DNA of 64,000 nucleotides, taken from the NCBI GenBank assembly GCA_002269645.1, contig NIVC01000598.1:780286-844285 (forward strand). Reading direction: 5' to 3'. Positions 25,701 through 55,977 of this stretch are shown one piece after another; position 1 is the first letter of the stretch, and each line of letters opens with the position of its first letter. A program made the translations under genes and the position numbers. The stretch comes from Macrostomum lignano. Taxonomy: Eukaryota. Under the pieces are notes generated by a model. That model was not told the origin of the DNA, searched no databases, and was given only the letters and a program-made list of their open reading frames with translations.

Positions 25701-26618
25701 TACTCAGGCACTACTCAAAGACTACTCAGACACTACTCAAACACTAATCAGTCACTACTCAGACACTACTCAAACACTAATCAGTCACTACTCAGACACT
25801 ACTCAAAGAATACTCAAAAACTACTCAGACACTGCTCAAACACTACTCAGGCACTACTCAAAGACTACTCAGACACTACTCAAACACTAATCAGTCACTA
25901 CTCAGACACTACTTAAACACTAATCAGTCACTACTCAGACACTACTCAGACACTACTCAAACACTAATCAGTCACTACTTAAACACTAATCAGTCACTAC
26001 TCAGACACTACTCAAACACTAATCAGTCACTACTTAGACACTACTCAAGGCACTACTCAGACACTACTCAAAGAATACTCAGACACTACTCAAAGAATAC
26101 TCAGACACTACTCAAAAAATACTCAGACACTACTCAGACACTACTCAAAGAATACTCAGACACTACTCAAAGAATACTCAGACACTACTCAAAGAATACT
26201 CAGACACTACTCAAAGAATACTCAGACACTACTCAGACACTACTCAAAGAATACTCAGAAAAAGGTCAGACACTGCTCAGATATCATACAGTACGCGGGC
26301 ATTTTTGCTAATTAGTATTATTGGCTAATTATTTTAATCTGACACTTTTTAACTGCAAAAAATTTAGCCCTTGGATTTTTCCCTCGATCACCGATTTTAT
26401 CCGCCTAAATTTTGCGTTGATATTTCATTAGCTAAAATTACTATTTAACAAACTTTATTAGTCACTAATAAAAGCAGCATCCCCTGTTGCGTTGCAGTGA
26501 GCACATTCTGTACAGAAGGCACCTGGAGGAGCTGGAGATGCAGCAGCAGCAGCAACAGGTAGAAGCTGAGAGCGGCGTCTCCAGACCCAAGCGTTCGTCC
26601 GTTTGCAGCGTGTTTTAA
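13991..26618 (+). CDS. TTC24: TTC24-like tetratricopeptide repeat protein, about 971 aa, 14 exons
   Basis: Phase-consistent GT-AG exons: 13991-14430, 14762-15022, 15404-15714, 16312-16742, 17099-17271, 18279-18398, 18613-18714, 18802-18912, 18986-19045, 19798-19965, 21310-21475, 21866-22256, 22435-22513, 26516-26618. The motifs [35 protein letters not shown] and [15 protein letters not shown]...RVRIAAKL resemble TTC24 as I remember it. The C-terminal exons are low-complexity and less certain. Confidence 0.8.
14560..14730. repeat. 80-bp tandem duplication in intron 1
   Basis: TTGTATGCAGTTTTTCAGTTCTAAATGG... occurs at 14581 and 14661. Confidence 0.85.
15083..15362. repeat. 19-bp minisatellite (GGGACACTAGCAGGACATC)n, intronic
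   Basis: Seen directly; near-perfect units. Confidence 0.95.
15860..16290. repeat. 20-bp minisatellite (CCAGTTACAAAGACTTGTCA)n, intronic
   Basis: Seen directly. Confidence 0.95.
16765..17030. repeat. 27-bp minisatellite (GAGGCCAGGGGTAGCTCAGGTGTCATG)n, intronic
   Basis: Seen directly; lies between the donor at 16742 and the acceptor at 17098. Confidence 0.9.
17310..18056. repeat. (TTAG)n microsatellite
   Basis: Seen directly, with TTGG variants. Confidence 0.97.
19058..19755. repeat. (TCTG)n microsatellite
   Basis: Seen directly; it is the source of the CLSV/RQTD ORFs. Confidence 0.97.
20385..20545. repeat. 36-bp tandem repeat, about 4 copies
   Basis: Unit GGGTTGCTATTTTTAGATACAGTGTACACTATCGAT. 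Confidence 0.85.
21535..21845. repeat. 23-bp minisatellite (CAGCACTGTATTCACACAGACAG)n, intronic
   Basis: Seen directly. Confidence 0.95.
23200..23740. repeat. 28-bp minisatellite (GTTGCTGGGCCAGCCTCCCAGATCCTCA)n, intronic
   Basis: Seen directly. Confidence 0.95.
24017..26275. repeat. Two 11-bp (CTCAGACACTA)n arrays (24017-24805 and 25405-26275) separated by about 600 bp of unique sequence
   Basis: Seen directly; the second array is more diverged. Confidence 0.93.
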
Positions 26619-26699
26619 ACAGACTGAAATTCATATTTGCTGGGGAAATTTAATATTGCCAGATATCAGCATTAAAGGAAATAATACGTATTAAACTAA

Positions 26700-26998
26700 T
26701 AATAATAATAATTGATTACACCTGCCCCAATTGGGCCAGATGTGCAGCAGCTATTGTGCGGCGCATCTGAAGGCTGCGTACGGCTGTTCAGTCCAAGGAC
26801 TGGGCCGGGGGTCGCCACACACAGCCTCAATTACCCCAGCTAATGCTGGCACCCATTTTACAGCTGGGGTGAACTGAAGCAAGGCTCAATGTGTCTTGCT
26901 TAAGGACACAAATTGCCCCTGTGGGATCGGGAATCGAACGTCCGACCGCTCTAACGTGAGTCGTGAGTCCGACGCTCCAACACCCTAGGCTAAAACCC
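26700..26998 (-). mobile_element. tRNA-derived SINE with a conserved central domain and (ATT)n tail
   Basis: The minus strand has an A-box-like TAGCCTAGGG, a B box GTTCGATTCCC, then TGTGTCCTTAAGCAAGACAC...CAGCTGTAAAATGGGTGCC (similar to CORE/V/Meta-type SINE central domains), and a short ATT tail. Confidence 0.8.
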
Positions 26999-27789
26999 TT
27001 TAGTAGCTTTTAAATTTGAAAGAATTCTCACAAAGAATGCTGTACCTTCGAAGCTACTAAGTTATCAAAATTGATGAATATTGTACTCGTAAAATTGTAA
27101 TGAAAACTTTAGTGAGTGGTGTGCAGATTTTTAAAAGTACGTTTAATAAGCTGCTATACAGGTAGATAAATATTTATTGTGTGCATGATGCAATTTGCGC
27201 CGCGGAGGCCCCAGTTTAGCATGTTGCTGACTGTAGCGTGAATTCAAGCTGTTCTGTCAGTTAATATGCAAAAACCAATTATAAAAAGAAAAAAAATTCA
27301 GGTTTAAAAAGCGTATAGATTACTATTATTATTAGTGCTCGGAATTCTGTAATTTACTTTTTTGTATTCGATAACTTCTCTGTGTTTCATTTCTCTGTGA
27401 TGCTTTATTTACATCTGATTGCATAACTTTGTAAAAGTACATTAGATATACTTTCCTCCACAACGTACATAAATGGTGCACGCGAGACCTACCATACTTT
27501 TAGAATATTAATGAGCTAATTTAAACTGACTTCTTAAGCTTTCATGCCTGTTTTTTCTTCTGAGTACAAAACTATTCTTGAAGAAGATTGCGGATATTAA
27601 AACACACGCCTGTTAGAAAGTTTTTTTATTTTCTAAGAATAAAATGACTTTGCGGTCTTTGCCGTATTTGAATATCTCAAATATTTTTACGATAGCTTTG
27701 AAACTATCTAAAAAGACGGTGTTGTGTAATTGTAATCTTTTTTTAGACTGAACTCTTCGGAAATCTGTAAAGAAGTGGAGAACTAGATT

Positions 27790-30700
27790 CAATGACTGAG
27801 AGAGAGGAGAGAGGCAGATTCAATGACTGAGGGAGAGGAGAGAGGCAGATTCAATGACTGAGGGAGCGGAGAGAGGCAGATTCAATGACTGAGGGAGCGG
27901 AGAGAGGCAGATTCAATGACTGAGGGAGCGGAGAGAGGCAGATTCAATGACTGAGGGAGAGGAGAGAGGCAGATTCAATGACTGAGGGAGCTGAGAAAGG
28001 CAGATTCAATGACTGAGGGAGCGGAGAGAGGCAGATTCAATGACTGAGGGAGCGGAGAGAGGCAGATTCAATGACTGAGAGAGAGGAGAGAGGCAGATTC
28101 AATGACTGAGGGAGAGGAGAGAGGCAGATTCAATGACTGAGGGAGCGGAGAGAGGCAGATTCAATGACTGAGGGAGCGGAGAGAGGCAGATTCAATGACT
28201 GAGGGAGCGGAGAGAGGCAGATTCAATGACTGAGGGAGCGGAGAGAGGCAGATTCAATGACTGAGGGAGCGGAGAGAGGCAGATTCAATGACTGAGGGAG
28301 CGGAGAGAGGCAGATTCAATGACTGAGGGAGCGGAGAGAGGCAGATTCAATGACTGAGGGAGCGGAGAGAGGCAGATTCAATGACTGAGGGAGCGGAGAG
28401 AGGCAGATTCAATGACTGAGGGAGCGGAGAGAGGCAGATTCAATGACTGAGGGAGCTGAGAGAGGTAGATTCAATGACTGAGGGAGCGGAGAGAGGCAGA
28501 TTCAATGACTGAGGGAGCGGAGAGAGGCAGATTCAATGACTGAGTGAGAGGAGAGAGGCAGATTCAATGACTGAGGGAGCGGAGAGAGGCAGATTCAATG
28601 ACTGAGGGAGCGAGAGAGGCAGATTCAATGACTGAGGGAGCGGAGAGAGGCAGATTCAATGACTGAGGGAGCGGAGAGAGGCAGATTCAATGACTGAGGG
28701 AGCGGAGAGAGGCAGATTCAATGACTGAGGGAGCGGAGAGAGGCAGATTCAATGACTGAGGGAGCGGAGAGAGGCAGATTCAATGACTGAGGGAGCGGAG
28801 AGAGGCAGATTCAATGACTGAGGGAGCGGAGAGAGGCAGATTCAATGACTGAGGGAGCGAGAGAGGCAGATTCAATGACTGAGGGAGCGGAGAGAGGCAG
28901 ATTCAATGACTGAGGGAGCGGAGAGAGGCAGATTCAATGACTGAGGGAGCGGAGAGAGGCAGATTCAATGACTGAGGGAGCGAGAGAGGCAGATTCAATG
29001 ACTGAGGGAGAGGAGAGAGGCAGATTCAATGACTGAGGGAGCGAGAGAGGCAGATTCAATGACTGAGGGAGCGAGAGAGGCAGATTCAATGACTGAGGGA
29101 GAGGAGAGAGGCAGATTCATATGTTGAGGGAGCGGAGAGAGGCAGATTCAATGACTGAGGGAGCAGAGAGGCAGATTCAATGACTGAGGGAGACGAGAGA
29201 GGCAGATTCAATGACTGAGGGAGAGGAGAGAGGCAGATTCAATGACTGAGGGAGCGGAGAGAGGCAGATTCAATGACTGAGGGAGACGAGAGAGGCAGAT
29301 TCAATGACTGAGGGAGCGGAGAGAGGCAGATTCAATGACTGAGGGAGCGGAGAGAGGCAGATTCAATGACTGAGGGAGCGGAGAGAGGCAGATTCAATGA
29401 CTGAGGGAGCGGAGAGAGGCAGATTCAATGACTGAGGGAGCTGAGAGAGGTAGATTCAATGACTGAGGGAGCGGAGAGAGGCAGATTCAATGACTGAGGG
29501 AGCGGAGAGAGGCAGATTCAATGACTGAGGAGAGGAGAGAGGCAGATTCAATGACTGAGGGAGCGGAGAGAGGCAGATTCAATGACTGAGGGAGCGAGAG
29601 AGGCAGATTCAATGACTGAGGGAGCGGAGAGAGGCAGATTCAATGACTGAGGGAGCGGAGAGAGGCAGATTCAATGACTGAGGGAGCGGAGAGAGGCAGA
29701 TTCAATGACTGAGGGAGCGAGAGAGGCAGATTCAATGACTGAGGGAGCGGAGAGAGGCAGATTCAATGACTGAGGGAGCGGAGAGAGGCAGATTCAATGA
29801 CTGAGGGAGCGGAGAGAGGCAGATTCAATGACTGAGGGAGCAGAGAGAGGCAGATTCAATGACTGAGGGAGCAGAGAGGCAGATTCAATGACTGAGGGAG
29901 CGGAGAGAGGCAGATTCAATGACTGAGGGAGCGAGAGAGGCAGATTCAATGACTGAGGGAGCGGAGAGAGGCAGATTCAATGACTGAGGGAGCGGAGAGA
30001 GGCAGATTCAATGACTGAGGGAGCGGAGAGAGGCAGATTCAATGACTGAGGGAGCGAGAGAGGCAGATTCAATGACTGAGGGAGAGGAGAGAGGCAGATT
30101 CAATGACTGAGGGAGCGAGAGAGGCAGATTCAATGACTGAGGGAGCGAGAGAGGCAGATTCAATGACTGAGGGAGAGAGAGAGGCAGATTCAATATGTTG
30201 AGGGAGCGGAGAGAGGCAGATTCAATGACTGAGGGAGCAGAGAGGCAGATTCAATGACTGAGGGAGACGAGAGAGGCAGATTCAATGACTGAGGGAGAGG
30301 AGAGAGGCAGATTCAATGACTGAGGGAGCGGAGAGAGGCAGATTCAATGACTGAGGGAGACGAGAGAGGCAGATTCAATGACTGAGGGAGCGGAGAGAGG
30401 CAGATTCAATGACTGAGGGAGCGGAGAGAGGCAGATTCAATGACTGAGGGAGCGGAGAGAGGCAGATTCAATGACTGAGGGAGCTGAGAGAGGTAGATTC
30501 AATGACTGAGGGAGCGGAGAGAGGCAGATTCAATGACTGAGGGAGCGGAGAGAGGCAGATTCAATGACTGAGGGAGAGGAGAGAGGCAGATTCAATGACT
30601 GAGGGAGCGGAGAGAGGCAGATTCAATGACTGAGGGAGCGAGAGAGGCAGATTCAATGACTGAGGGAGCGGAGAGAGGCAGATTCAATGACTGAGGGAGC

Positions 30701-33672
30701 GGAGAGAGGCAGATTCAATGACTGAGGGAGCGGAGAGAGGCAGATTCAATGACTGAGGGAGCGGAGAGAGGCAGATTCAATGACTGAGGGAGCGGAGAGA
30801 GGCAGATTCAATGACTGAGGGAGCGGAGAGAGGCAGATTCAATGACTGAGGGAGCGGAGAGAGGCAGATTCAATGACTGAGGGAGCGAGAGAGGCAGATT
30901 CAATGACTGAGGGAGCGGAGAGAGGCAGATTCAATGACTGAGGGAGCGGAGAGAGGCAGATTCAATGACTGAGGGAGCGGAGAGAGGCAGATTCAATGAC
31001 TGAGGGAGCGAGAGAGGCAGATTCAATGACTGAGGGAGAGGAGAGAGGCAGATTCAATGACTGAGGGAGCGAGAGAGGCAGATTCAATGACTGAGGGAGC
31101 GAGAGAGGCAGATTCAATGACTGAGGGAGAGGAGAGAGGCAGATTCAATATGGTTGAGGGAGCGGAGAGAGGCAGATTCAATGACTGAGGGAGCAGAGAG
31201 GCAGATTCAATGACTGAGGGAGACGAGAGAGGCAGATTCAATGACTGAGAGAGAGGAGAGAGGCAGATTCAATGACTGAGGGAGCGGAGAGAGGCAGATT
31301 CAATGACTGAGGGAGACGAGAGAGGCAGATTCAATGACTGAGGGAGCGGAGAGAGGCAGATTCAATGACTGAGGGAGCGGAGAGAGGCAGATTCAATGAC
31401 TGAGGGAGCGGAGAGAGGCAGATTCAATGACTGAGGGAGCGGAGAGAGGCAGATTCAATGACTGAGGGAGCGGAGAGAGGCAGATTCAATGACTGAGGGA
31501 GCGGAGAGAGGCAGATTCAATGACTGAGGGAGCGGAGAGAGGCAGATTCAATGACTGAGGGAGCGGAGAGAGGCAGATTCAATGACTGAGGGAGCAGAGA
31601 GGCAGATTCAATGACTGAGGGAGAGGAGAGAGGCAGATTCAATGACTGAGGGAGAGGAGAGAGGCAGATTCAATGACTGAGGGAGCGGAGAGAGGCAGAT
31701 TCAATGACTGAGGGAGACGAGAGAGGCAGATTCAATGACTGAGGGAGCGGAGAGAGGCAGATTCAATGACTGAGGGAGCGGAGAGAGGCAGATTCAATGG
31801 CTGAGGGAGCGGAGAGAGGCAGATTCAATGACTGAGGGAGCGGAGAGAGGCAGATTCAATGACTGAGGGAGCGGAGAGAGGCAGATTCAATGACTGAGGG
31901 AGAGGAGAGAGGCAGATTCAATGACTGAGGGAGCGGAGAGAGGCAGATTCAATGACTGAGGGAGCGGAGAAAGGCAGATTCAATGACTGAGGGAGCGGAG
32001 AGAGGCAGATTCAATGACTGAGGGAGCGGAGAGAGGCAGATTCAATGACTGAGGGAGCGGAGAGAGGCAGATTCAATGACTGAGGGAGCGGAGAGAGGCA
32101 GATTCAATGACTGAGGGAGCGGAGAGAGGCAGATTCAATGACTGAGGGAGCGAGAGAGGCAGATTCAATGACTGAGGGAGCGGAGAGAGGCAGATTCAAT
32201 GACTGAGGGAGCGGAGAGAGGCAGATTCAATGACTGAGGGAGAGGAGAGAGGCAGATTCAATGACTGAGGGAGCGGAGAGAGGCAGATTCAATGACTGAG
32301 GGAGAGGAGAGAGGCAGATTCAATGACTGAGGGAGAGGAGAGAGGCAGATTCAATGACTGAGGGAGCGGAGAGAGGCAGATTCAATGACTGAGGGAGAGG
32401 AGAGAGGCAGATTCAATGACTGAGGGAGCGGAGAGAGGCAGATTCAATGACTGAGGGAGCGGAGAGAGGCAGATTCAATGACTGAGGGAGAGGAGAGAGG
32501 CAGATTCAATGACTGAGGGAGAGGAGAGAGGCAGATTCAATGACTGAGGGAGCGGAGAGAGGCAGATTCAATGACTGAGGGAGAGGAGAGAGGCAGATTC
32601 AATGACTGAGGGAGAGGAGAGAGGCAGATTCAATGACTGAGGGAGAGGAGAGAGGCAGATTCAATGACTGAGGGAGCGGAGAGAGGCAGATTCAATGACT
32701 GAGGGAGAGGAGAGAGGCAGATTCAATGACTGAGGGAGCGGAGAGAGGCAGATTCAATGACTGAGGGAGAGGAGAGAGGCAGATTCAATGACTGAGGGAG
32801 AGGAGAGAGGCAGATTCAATGACTGAGGGAGAGGAGAGGCAGATTCAATGACTGAGGGAGCGAGAGAGGCAGATTCAATGACTGAGGGAGCGAGAGAGGC
32901 AGATTCAATGACTGAGGGAGAGGAGAGAGGCAGATTCAATATGGTTGAGGGAGCGGAGAGAGGCAGATTCAATGACTGAGGGAGCAGAGAGGCAGATTCA
33001 ATGACTGAGGGAGCAGAGAGGCAGATTCAATGACTGAGGGAGAGGAGAGAGGCAGATTCAATGACTGAGGGAGCGGAGAGAGGCAGATTCAATGACTGAG
33101 GGAGCGGAGAGAGGCAGATTCAATGACTGAGGGAGCGAGAGAGGCAGATTCAATGACTGAGGGAGCGGAGAGAGGCAGATTCAATGACTGAGGGAGCGGA
33201 GAGAGGCAGATTCAATGACTGAGGGAGCGGAGAGAGGCAGATTCAATGACTGAGGGAGCGAGAGAGGCAGATTCAATGACTGAGGGAGCGGAGAGAGGCA
33301 GATTCAATGACTGAGGGAGCGAGAGAGGCAGATTCAATGACTGAGGGAGCAGAGAGGCAGATTCAATGACTGAGGGAGAGGAGAGAGGCAGATTCAATGA
33401 CTGAGGGAGCAGAGAGGCAGATTCAATGACTGAGGGAGCGGAGAGAGGCAGATTCAATGACTGAGGGAGCAGAGAGGCAGATTCAATGACTGAGGGAGAG
33501 GAGAGAGGCAGATTCAATGACTGAGGGAGCGGAGAGAGGCAGATTCAATGACTGAGGGAGCGGAGAGGCAGATTCAATGACTGAGGGAGCGAGAGAGGCA
33601 GATTCAATGACTGAGGGAGCGGAGAGGCAGATTCAATGACTGAGGGAGCAGAGAGGCAGATTCAATGACTGA
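27790..33672. repeat. 31-bp minisatellite array of about 5.9 kb (GAGGGAGCGGAGAGAGGCAGATTCAATGACT)n
   Basis: Seen directly; roughly 190 units, with variant blocks recurring at about 1-kb spacing. Confidence 0.98.
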
Positions 33673-34931
33673 TTGATAAAATAAAAAGTCAGTTTCATTT
33701 TTCTGTATTTTTCTTTTGTTTTAGCGAATCAACGCTTGAAGCGAAGTGAAGTGACCAGTTGAAAAATTTCAGATTTATTTTAATTTTTGCTTCTAATGGA
33801 AGCGAGAAAAAGGTACGTTTTGTAAGAATAGAAATTGAAAACTATGTTGCAAATTTCTTATTTTATGCTCTTGGAATTGAAAAAGCGAAGCTAAGCATAA
33901 TAATGAAGCATATAGAATTTAGCTAATAATTTTTGCAGCCTAATTTAAGCTACATCATCCGGCAGGCGCGGGGGGAATTACAGTACGATTTTTTCTAAGA
34001 AACGATATGAAAGTGTTGAGTAGGAAAATGTGAACTAAAAATTGAAAGCATAAAGAATTAAAGTTACAACAGAGGAGTGAATGTGAAAGAAAAAACGGGG
34101 ATTTTATACTACCGTAGGCTGATTGATCAATAAAATTGTGGATAAAAAACGGGACCAGACTGCATTTTATTGGCTGGAAGCTAAATTTGACCTTTTACAT
34201 CACGCTATCAGTGCGTGACTGATTTTATATATAGTTTTCTCATCTTCCCAAGGTCAAACTGAGACAGACAGCCAATTAAGATAAAACGAATCTGGCCTGC
34301 TACGGAAATCCCACGTCAAGTGGGTGTTTTCCCAGTTCTAAAATTAGCTATCTATAATAGAAAAGCTGGGGCTACACTGAATGTGCGAAAAATAAGCACA
34401 ATATGACGCTTATAAAATAATTCATAGCTGTGCATATAATTATTATTATGACTAGCTATGTACCAACTATAGGTCGCAGCAACTAAAAAGCAATGTGTTT
34501 ACCTCTCGAACAGCAGAAGCAAAAATCGTGATCATTACATCGAAAAAATATTATTCTCCCAGTCGAAGGACGACCGTTTTAGCGGGCCTTTAAAAATATC
34601 TATTCTTTCTGCCCATTCTACCGACTGCTGGCACATAAAAGCGCACGGGTATTGTACGCAGGCCCAAGACTTTTTAATCGTCAGGCATGTACATTCTCTG
34701 TGCCTTGGGGGGGGGGTTGAATGTACGCAGCGCGCGGAATCGAGCCAGAGGGTCGTGGCGAGAGAGTCGGACGTGTTCACCGCTGTCCCTACAATTGTAC
34801 CATAATTGTTTCTAGAGATTACTTTCGCCTAGAACTGCAGCACAGTTTGCCAATTACCGGTCTTGTAGCAACGGGTCAAAACCTCAGTTGAAATTCGTTA
34901 ATTTACTGGTTACGGTCGAACTCGTTTTTGC

Positions 34932-52621
<17,690 letters not shown>

Positions 52622-53471
52622 TATCAATTGAATTTTTTGTTTTTCTAGTATGATACGACACGAGCATCTATAATGAACAACGCGCGTGAACCTGTTTTAT
52701 GCTGATTTTAAGCTCGTGCGAAATTTTATTTTCGACCGTGAAAGCACCATAACAAAATTCCCAAATATGTTATCTTGATATTTCTATTAATGATATTATT
52801 TATTTATTCTGTGTCACCTTTTAAAAATTATGAAAATATGTATATTTTCATTTGGAGTCTTGTAGAGAAATTTTTTTCGAAAAAGACAGCTCGCTATCTC
52901 TATAATTGCTTTGGATATGATTGTTAAGGTATATTCGTACCCTCAAAAGAAGCCATGCCAAAAATCACTAGACGAAACTTAAATATTGTATAACTCTACA
53001 GAATTCCATAAATAAATTTCAATCAACACAAATTTCAACACAAAATCATGACTGCAGTCTGGCTCAAATTTGCTATTTTGTGCTATTTGTATCTCATTTT
53101 TTTTTTTGCTTTTGATCGAACTGTAATCTTCCTTTGCAATTTTTATCAGAAAAGATAAGCCAGCCCAGGACGTTAATTATATACTTAAGATAGAATCCGA
53201 TTACAAACTTCACCATTGGTATTTAGCAGAGTTACAAGCATAGTATAACAAAAGAAAAGACTTTTTTATCTGATCGATGTAAACAATATGAAGCAATGGT
53301 TTACATATGCATACATGTAGCTGTAATCAAGTCAACCAATAAATACGTTACAATTGTATATCAAACTGAATTAATGAATCCTAATAATTACGAATCTTTG
53401 ATACCAAAGCAAGGCTGTACTATCTTAAGTTTTCAGAGCAGGGCCAAGTAAATATATTAGCTTTGTTAGGC

Positions 53472-53582
53472 AGCCGCGGAAGCGCGGCTTGTCAAAAATT
53501 GAGTAGATCGCTCAATTGGATCCACGCGGTGTCTTACCATGCAAAATATTGAGTCTTCGCAGTAAGAGACCGTCAAAACGGC
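53472..53582 (-). ncRNA. Spliced-leader (SL) RNA gene, flatworm type
   Basis: Minus strand: leader GCCGTTTTGACGGTCTCTTACTGCGAAGACTCAATATTTTGCATG (53582-53538, ending in AUG), donor GTAAGA, Sm site AATTTTTGA (53500-53492) and 3' hairpin AGCCGCG-CTTC-CGCGGCT (53489-53472). TCTTAC in the leader pairs with the donor GTAAGA. Confidence 0.9.
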
Positions 53583-53796
53583 AAAGAGAGTGGAATGGAA
53601 AACGCTCTCCAACAGTGCACAGCTCTGCGCTTGAGCCGCGAGCCCTAGGGCAAATGATTATGTTGAATTTCATCTACTCCAAGTAAGTTATGCCGACTAG
53701 TGCAGCATTCTTGTGCACTGCAGCTTGAAAAGACGCGCCAAAAAGTGTGCAGCTCTGCCTTTCTTTTAGCCGACATGTTTAGAACGCGCCGCTTAA

Positions 53797-54420
53797 TCTC
53801 TAACTATAAAAATCAAAACTATGTCTGTGTGTCTGTCTGTCTGTCTGTCTGTGTGTCTGTGGACAATTTTGATCGCTATGGACTCCCAAACTGCTCAACC
53901 AAATTACACCAAACTTTACACCCACCCTAAACTTACTACGGAGAATGTCTTAGGCTACCTTTTAATTTCCTAGACTCAAGTCTTCCTACCTAAAAGTACA
54001 AAAAACTGCTCAAAATGCGCGATTTTTTCACTAAATCCTCCATAGCGACGCTCCACTTTTACCGATTCTGTTCAAATTTGACACAGGCAATTTTCAACTA
54101 TTTTGACACAATCGTGTAAAATTTCAAATCTCAAAGTTAATCCTGAACGGCGCTGTGCACTTTTAAAGTTTGGCTGTTTTTTTCAGCGAGACAGCCACCC
54201 CAACCTCCGCCCGCCTGCCTCTTTCCCGATCTGGGCAAAGGGTGTAAATGGGTTTTAAAATGACTAACTTTCGGCTGCCATAAGTTTGCTCCACGCGAAG
54301 CGATTGACTTCTAACTTAACACAATTCTTCTTTGATTCATTCTCTGTCTAAATGTAAAGTTTCAACTCTCTAACTCAATCAGAACAGAAACTGTAAGCAT
54401 GTGAAGTTTGTCTGCTTTTT
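53797..54420 (+). mobile_element. Non-autonomous Helitron/Helentron-like element (3' end uncertain)
   Basis: Begins A|TCTCTAACTATAAAA, followed by a GTCT microsatellite and ACCGATTCTGTTCAAATTTG / AAGTTTCAACTCTCTAACTC motifs that resemble HINE/DINE-type elements. Confidence 0.4.
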
Positions 54421-55044
54421 CTGTTGTTTGTGCCACTCACTCACTCATTCCCCCAGAGCCAGAAGAAGGGTCAGGCGATAGGGCTTAATGTATATAGCGA
54501 ATGTACAGTGTTTTGGAATAACTTTATTTATAGCCTTCTCTGCACACCGAGAGTGGAGAGGCTACGTTTAGCCATGACAGTTTAGTGAGAAATTCTAACC
54601 ACTGCCCTCCCCTCTGTATTGGCAAACTCTGCAGCAGTTTAACAGTGGATGGCAATTGGCAATTGGCAAATCGAGGGAATCCACTATCCAGCATGGTTTG
54701 TAAAAGCGAAAGATTTATGAAAAGGCGATGCAATGCAATACAACCCTACTAAATTAGTCACACCATGGAAATTTTAGGTTTCTCTTAAAAGTACTTTAAA
54801 TATTTAATGTCCTAAGAAATGCTTATTTCCTTGGTTGTTAGACTGATGCAGACTGCAGTGGAGCTGAAAATACACAAATTCCTTTCAGGGCTGAAAATTG
54901 GCAAGAAAAATGACGTGATCAAAGCATGAGAACAGCCATGAGAGTAGTACGTCCCACAAACTGCATGGCTTACCAAGCAGGAATGGGCAGACTTTTACTT
55001 CAAAAGCCAGATAAAGAATCCAGCTTATGTGCGGGCCAGATGAG

Positions 55045-55888
55045 AGTGGAAAGGAGAAGGAATAGACTATTAGAAGAGAGGAGAGGCGAGAGGGGGATAT
55101 GAGAAAACATGGAATATAAGAGGAGAGACAAGTGGTGAGGAGAGAGCAGAGAAGAAGGGAGGAAGAAGTGAGAGGAGGGGAGAAAGGAGGGAGAGGAAAG
55201 AGTAAAGGCGAGAAGAGGGGAGAGATGAGACAGAGGATCGATGAGAGGAGAGTAGAGAAGAGTGAGAAGAGATGAGAGGAGATGAGAGATGAGAGAGCAG
55301 AAAGAAGATGACAGAGGGTCAAGAGGAGATGAGAGATTAGAGAGGAGAGAGTAGAAAGGATAGAAAAGAGAGGAGATAAGAGGGGAGAGAAGAGGTGAGA
55401 AGAGAAGAGATAGAGATAAGAGAGGGGTGTAAGAAGAGGGGAGAAAGGAGAGATGAGAGAGTAAAGGGAAGAGGAGGAGAGAGGAAAGAGATGAGATTGT
55501 AAAGATGAGACAGATCAAAGAAGTGATGAGAGATGAAAAAGGTGAGAGGAGAGTGCAGAGAGACGAGAGAAGATATAGAGGAGAGAGAGTATAGAAAGGG
55601 AAAAGAAAAGAAGAGAGGAGTAAGGAAAGAGAGGAGTGAGAAGAGGTGAAGAGAAGAGTACAGAGGAGATAAGTGAGAGAACGTATAAGAGAGTAAAGAT
55701 GACAGATGAGAGAGCAGATGAACAGACGAGAGATGGGAGAGTGGAGAGAACAGAGGAGAGATAAGAGAGAAGAGATTACAGAGACTAGAGGAGAGAGGAG
55801 AGACAGGGAGAGAGAAGAGGAAACAGGAGAATGAAGAGGGGAGAGAGTAGAGAGGAGAAGAGAGATGGGAGAGGAGAAGAGAGATGGG

Positions 55889-55977
<89 letters not shown>

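Noticed and set aside
27790-33672. CRISPR-like regular repeats
   Set aside because: There are no unique spacers and no cas genes, and the context is eukaryotic.
53471-53490. GC hairpin as a Helitron 3' terminus
   Set aside because: It is better explained as the terminal stem-loop of the SL RNA, directly after the Sm site.
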